From Enterococcus sp. AZ128 (GTDB lineage Bacteria; Bacillota; Bacilli; Lactobacillales; Enterococcaceae): a stretch of 24,000 bases of DNA. Location: positions 986,293 through 1,010,292 of the forward strand of contig NZ_JBIORZ010000002.1 of assembly GCF_051714485.1 (NCBI RefSeq). The letters are read 5' to 3'. The position numbers and the translations under genes are program-made. The notes below the pieces were generated by a model. That model was not told the origin of the DNA. It worked only from the letters and a program-made list of their open reading frames with translations, and made no database searches. This document shows positions 22,576-24,000 of this stretch, piece after piece. Within the stretch, counting starts at the first letter, position 1. Every line of letters starts with the position of its first letter.

Positions 22576-22609
22576 AATGAACCGTCCATTTTTTTTGGAC
22601 GGTTCATTT
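22576..22609. terminator. bidirectional rho-independent terminator between convergent genes
   Basis: AATGAACCGTCCA (22576-22588) / TGGACGGTTCATT (22597-22609), a T8 loop, an A-run on the left and a T-run on the right. Confidence 0.85.
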
Positions 22610-24000
22610 TATTTTTTCAAAGCAATTTGCTGTGCGTGGACGTTTTTCAGGAAGGCCTGGTCATGCTCAACGATCAGCATTGTTGGTTTGATCTGTAATA
22701 AAAGATCTTCCAATTGCTTTTGATTGAAGACATCAAGATAGTTCAAGGGTTCATCCCAAATGTAGAGCTCTGCTTCTTGCGCGAGCGATTTAGCCAGCTC
22801 GACTTTCTTACGCTGGCCCATACTCATTTCTTCAATGCGATTTGAAAAAACATTACGTTCCATACCGAGTTTCCGCAGATTATTCAAAAAGATAGAATAA
22901 TCCAATTGGTTTTTCTCTGCGAAGTCTTGCAGATTCCCTTGATTGCTTTCATAGTTTTGTCTAACATAACTGACTTTCACGTTTGGCCGCAGGAGTTCAC
23001 CGCTGGCCTCGCCCAGAAAAGTTCCTAATAAATAATGCAATATGCTAGATTTTCCGATCCCATTTGGCCCAGTCAATGCTGTGATTTCTCCTCGTTTCAA
23101 TTCAAAGGATAAAGGAGCGAAGAGGGGCTCTTGGTTCGCGTAGTGCAGAGTCAAATCTTCCACCTTCAAAAGCTGAGCATGACGGCTAGACTGATAGTTC
23201 ATTGTGAGGCGATCGACATCTTCCAAATCTTTTAAAAGTCCTTCTTTAACATCGATTTGATCGGACATGCGCTGTTCAATCATTTTAGAACGCTTCATTG
23301 TACGCGCGGCACGAGCGCCAATGAAGCCAGTATCGAAAATTCCGCCGCTGCCTTTTTCTGAGGGTTTGCCGTACTTTTCTTTTTCACGAGAACGGGACCA
23401 CTCAGCCTTTTCAGCGGCAGTTTTCTTCAATCGGCTGACTTCCTTCTTTATTTTTCTGTTTTGTGCTAATTCAAATTCATCCCGCAGTTCTTTTTGTTCT
23501 TCATAGGTCGCGAAATTACCTTGATAGAGTACCAGCTGGCTTTTTTCGATCGCTAAAGTATGATCGGTAACTTGATTTAAAAATTGGCGGTCGTGACTAA
23601 CAACGATAAAGCCATCCTTGTGCTGCAAATAGTCCGCGACATGTTGGCGGCCCTGCAGATCCAAGTGATTTGTCGGTTCATCGATCAGCGGGAAAAAATT
23701 TTCTTGCGTGAAGAGCAATGCTAACAGCACTTTTGTTTGTTCTCCGCCAGAAAGTGTCTGGTACGGCTGCCACAGCACTTGCGGGTCTAATTGAATCAAG
23801 TTCATTTCTCGTTCTAATTCCCATAACTCAAAATCGGCGACTTCCAGTAGTGCATAATAAGTCAGCTGGTCTGTTTCTTCCACAGTTGCTGGGAAATAAA
23901 CCGGCTGTAAAGGAAATTGAATCTCCCCTTGGTACGCATGTTTTCCTAACAGCAGCTGCAGCAATGTAGTTTTACCACGGCCATTGCGGCCGACTAACCC
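22609..24000 (-). CDS. lsa: ABC-F ATPase of the Lsa family (ribosomal-protection type), N-terminus outside the window
   Basis: Two ABC cassettes (GRNGRGKTT, LSGGEQTK, LIDEPTNHLD; GPNGIGKSS, MSMGQRKK, IWDEPLNYLD) joined by a charged linker (RKIKKEVSRLKKTAAEKAEWSRSREKEKYG), with no TM domain. Long stretches match my recollection of E. faecalis Lsa(A), for example NQLDY..FLNNLRKLGMER and ELYIWDEPLNYLDVFN. The frame stays open to position 24000. Confidence 0.85.
   Translation of the reverse strand, partial: GLVGRNGRGKTTLLQLLLGKHAYQGEIQFPLQPVYFPATVEETDQLTYYALLEVADFELWELEREMNLIQLDPQVLWQPYQTLSGGEQTKVLLALLFTQENFFPLIDEPTNHLDLQGRQHVADYLQHKDGFIVVSHDRQFLNQVTDHTLAIEKSQLVLYQGNFATYEEQKELRDEFELAQNRKIKKEVSRLKKTAAEKAEWSRSREKEKYGKPSEKGSGGIFDTGFIGARAARTMKRSKMIEQRMSDQIDVKEGLLKDLEDVDRLTMNYQSSRHAQLLKVEDLTLHYANQEPLFAPLSFELKRGEITALTGPNGIGKSSILHYLLGTFLGEASGELLRPNVKVSYVRQNYESNQGNLQDFAEKNQLDYSIFLNNLRKLGMERNVFSNRIEEMSMGQRKKVELAKSLAQEAELYIWDEPLNYLDVFNQKQLEDLLLQIKPTMLIVEHDQAFLKNVHAQQIALKK

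Noticed and set aside
790-23969. Antisense or out-of-frame ORFs in the supplied track: 790-1026(-), 2169-2420(-), 2819-3019(-), 3334-3519(-), 4569-4802(+), 5048-5242(-), 5055-5252(+), 6381-6647(+), 7862-8113(-), 8185-8415(-), 9003-9218(-), 10398-10592(-), 10781-11023(-), 11896-12090(-), 12460-12816(-), 15844-16071(-), 15983-16165(+), 17827-18060(+), 20927-21235(+), 21957-22223(-), 23267-23506(+), 23718-23969(+).
   Set aside because: Each lies entirely or almost entirely inside a longer ORF with clear family motifs on the other strand or in another frame. None has a convincing RBS, and the translations are low-complexity with no recognisable motifs. They are treated as shadow ORFs.
1-24000. 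A whole-window search for CRISPR arrays, tRNA/rRNA genes, IS elements, integrases, toxin-antitoxin pairs and known defence-system signatures.
   Set aside because: I found no regularly spaced repeats, no cloverleaf-like or rRNA-like segments, and no transposase, recombinase or nuclease-helicase type ORFs. The only repeats are the operator block and the 27-nt leader duplication reported above.

Overview
The window is a roughly 24 kb chromosomal segment from a low-GC Firmicute. An Lsa-type ABC-F gene and the overall gene content suggest Enterococcus or another Lactobacillales member; this is inference, with no search run. I support 23 protein-coding genes, two of them cut by the window edges, plus several rho-independent terminators and sigma-A-like promoters. 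I saw no rRNA, tRNA, CRISPR array, transposase or integrase. Order: partial hypothetical gene; araC-GT2-HAD operon; SnoaL-like gene; convergent LtaS-family gene; queH; HutC-type gntR with an M20 dipeptidase; GNAT; a six-gene operon (10264-15702); alpha/beta hydrolase; N-formylglutamate-amidohydrolase-family gene; XRE-cupin regulator, divergent from a glycyl-radical activase plus glycyl radical enzyme pair; FadR-type GntR; partial Lsa-family ABC-F. The best candidate for an undescribed system is the six-gene operon. It encodes a cytoplasmic glycosylasparaginase-like Ntn hydrolase, PTS EIIB and EIIC of the lactose/cellobiose family, a short GrdB-N-terminal-like protein and two M42 peptidases, one of which has lost two metal ligands. 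It has no glycoside hydrolase and no EIIA. A 25-nt double-palindrome block (23/25 identical) links it to the HutC regulator/dipeptidase locus 3.3 kb upstream. I read this as a possible glyco-asparagine or N-glycopeptide import and degradation pathway, which is a hypothesis. The second item is an orphan two-gene glycyl-radical module. Its enzyme carries an eliminase-type GCVE Cys loop, its activase lacks auxiliary Fe-S motifs, and two regulators flank it; the substrate is unknown. All family calls rest on motifs read from the translations and recalled family knowledge, not on database searches.
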